From Truepera sp. (GTDB taxonomy: Bacteria > Deinococcota > Deinococci > Deinococcales > Trueperaceae), in NCBI GenBank assembly GCA_965218435.1, contig CBDCKW010000009.1:1184001-1248000 (forward strand): a stretch of 64,000 bases of DNA. The letters are read 5' to 3'. Below the pieces are notes generated by a model. That model was not told where the DNA came from and searched no databases. It saw only the letters and a program-made list of their open reading frames with translations. Within the stretch, counting starts at the first letter, position 1. Each line of letters begins with the position of its first letter. This document shows, piece by piece, positions 62,668 to 64,000 of this stretch. Position numbers and translations under genes: made by a program.

Positions 62668-62972
62668 TCCCTAAGTGTAGCGTGTACCGAGTCTAACTTG
62701 TACCGGAACCGGCTTGAGCGGTAACCCTGGATATAGCTCTAGTTGCAGCCCTGCCCCTTGTTTAACCGCAAACTAAACCAGCTGTAAAACAGACGTAAAC
62801 CTTTGTAGAACTCTGTTGTTACTCATTCAACTTTAATGAGACGTGCAAGGTTTTGTAGAATCTTATCGGCTGGTCGAGCGGTACTGTGGCGACGCTTCAG
62901 GCCCACTTGTAGACCGCTTGGTAAAACCTAACAAACGCTCTGCGCCGGTACAACCAGGTACATTTGTAAGCA

Positions 62973-63030
62973 TTGACGCAACCCCGTGCTAAGGCTATAC
63001 TCCCTTTAACGTTTGTACAGAGGTTATACG
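62973..63030 (+). promoter_or_regulatory. Sigma70 promoter with CarH-type 11-bp-spaced repeats
   Basis: TTGACG-N17-TATACT, with TGTACA (63014) and TATACG (63025) 11 bp apart. Confidence 0.6.
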
Positions 63031-63080
63031 CACGCTATCAAGTCTGCTAGAGAAGCGCAACACGAGGAGATCAACACACT

Positions 63081-63971
63081 GTGAGTCGGGGCCGTTACAC
63101 CGTCAATGAGGTTGAGGAGCGCACTAAGGTGCCTGCAAGTACCTTGCGGCAGTGGGAGCGCCGTTACGGGTTTCCCAAGCCGGAGCGTTCCGGGTCGGGT
63201 TACCGGCTCTACTGTGACGGCGACGTTCGCAACATCGAACAGATGAAGCGACATATCGCGCAAGGTGTGTCGGCCTCACGCGCCGCTGCACTTCTCTGCC
63301 GTGACGCGTCAGCGGCACTGCCGGGCTCAGTCAGAGGTTTACAAAAGGCGCTTGTTAACGCCCTGCTGAGCTTTGACGAAGCGAAAGCTGATGAGATATT
63401 TAGTCAGGCGTACAGTCTTCACGGCGTTGACACGGTTCTGACTGACCTAGCACAGTTTACGGCGGCTGAGTTAGGTGTGCTCCGGCGTCACGGCGAGGTG
63501 CCGGTTACGACCGAACGTTTTGCCACGGCTTACCTCGAGGGACGGCTTCGGTCGCTGCTGAGCGCCACTGTTAACTGCGTTGCGGGGGCCGTAGTGGTCG
63601 CCGCCTGTGCGCCTTTAGAGCATGACGAAATCGGCGCACTTGTTCTCACCACGCTTTTGCGCCGAGCCGGTCACCGAGTGGTTTATCTGGGCGCAAACAC
63701 CCCGGTCGGGGGCCTGCGTGAGCTGACGCAGACGCTTAGGCCACTTGGCGTCATGGTTCTAGCTTCGTCGGCGCAAGCGGCGACGCTCCTCGGTGAAGCC
63801 CGCAACCACTTGGTAGAGCTTGCGCCGGTACTCGTATTCGGCGGCGCAGCTTTTAACCAACGGCCCGACCTCGCCGAGGCTCTGACCGGTACGCTGCTCG
63901 AGCCCGAAGCCCAAAGCGCAGTGAGGCAGTTTTCTCGGCTCATCGAGCAGCACGGCGCGCTAAGCGCCTAA
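63081..63971 (+). CDS. CarH/LitR-like MerR regulator with degenerate cobalamin-binding motifs
   Basis: LRQWERRYG and GYRLY HTH, then a helical cap and Rossmann B12 domain (YLGANTP). W-x9-EH and ExHxxG are altered. Confidence 0.88.
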   Translation: MSRGRYTVNEVEERTKVPASTLRQWERRYGFPKPERSGSGYRLYCDGDVRNIEQMKRHIAQGVSASRAAALLCRDASAALPGSVRGLQKALVNALLSFDEAKADEIFSQAYSLHGVDTVLTDLAQFTAAELGVLRRHGEVPVTTERFATAYLEGRLRSLLSATVNCVAGAVVVAACAPLEHDEIGALVLTTLLRRAGHRVVYLGANTPVGGLRELTQTLRPLGVMVLASSAQAATLLGEARNHLVELAPVLVFGGAAFNQRPDLAEALTGTLLEPEAQSAVRQFSRLIEQHGALSA

Positions 63972-64000
63972 GGGATTAAGATGAGTTGCAGCCCAGTAGT

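Overview
GC-rich bacterial chromosomal window, most consistent with Deinococcota (Truepera-like). The evidence is Deinococcus/Thermus-type rpoZ, rpsA, lon, recJ and CarH/LitR, many leaderless genes (TANNNT 6-7 nt before the start codon) and strong over-representation of CTCGAG. Most of it is housekeeping (pgl, lepB, pheST, glmS, lon, argS, recJ, mnmA, rpsA, rpoZ, csp, rnhA). Accessory content: a sugar ABC/three-kinase/LacD operon with a convergent lyxose-type isomerase, a nonsense-interrupted Tat-lipoprotein trehalase, and a small island after glmS (degraded ORF relic, AT-richer secreted protein, IS200, IS4, Bor lipoprotein). There are also two IS5-family elements, several MITEs and a lone Abi-type gene. 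The most notable signals are a degenerate glmS-ribozyme-like RNA with a large internal insertion, a CarH homologue with three key B12-binding residues substituted, a leaderless mini-ORF/attenuator before pheS, and a possible rare-sugar (tagatose-route) pathway with a PfkA lacking the MGR motif. I saw no CRISPR array, rRNA or tRNA. All calls come from reading the sequence; no searches were run.
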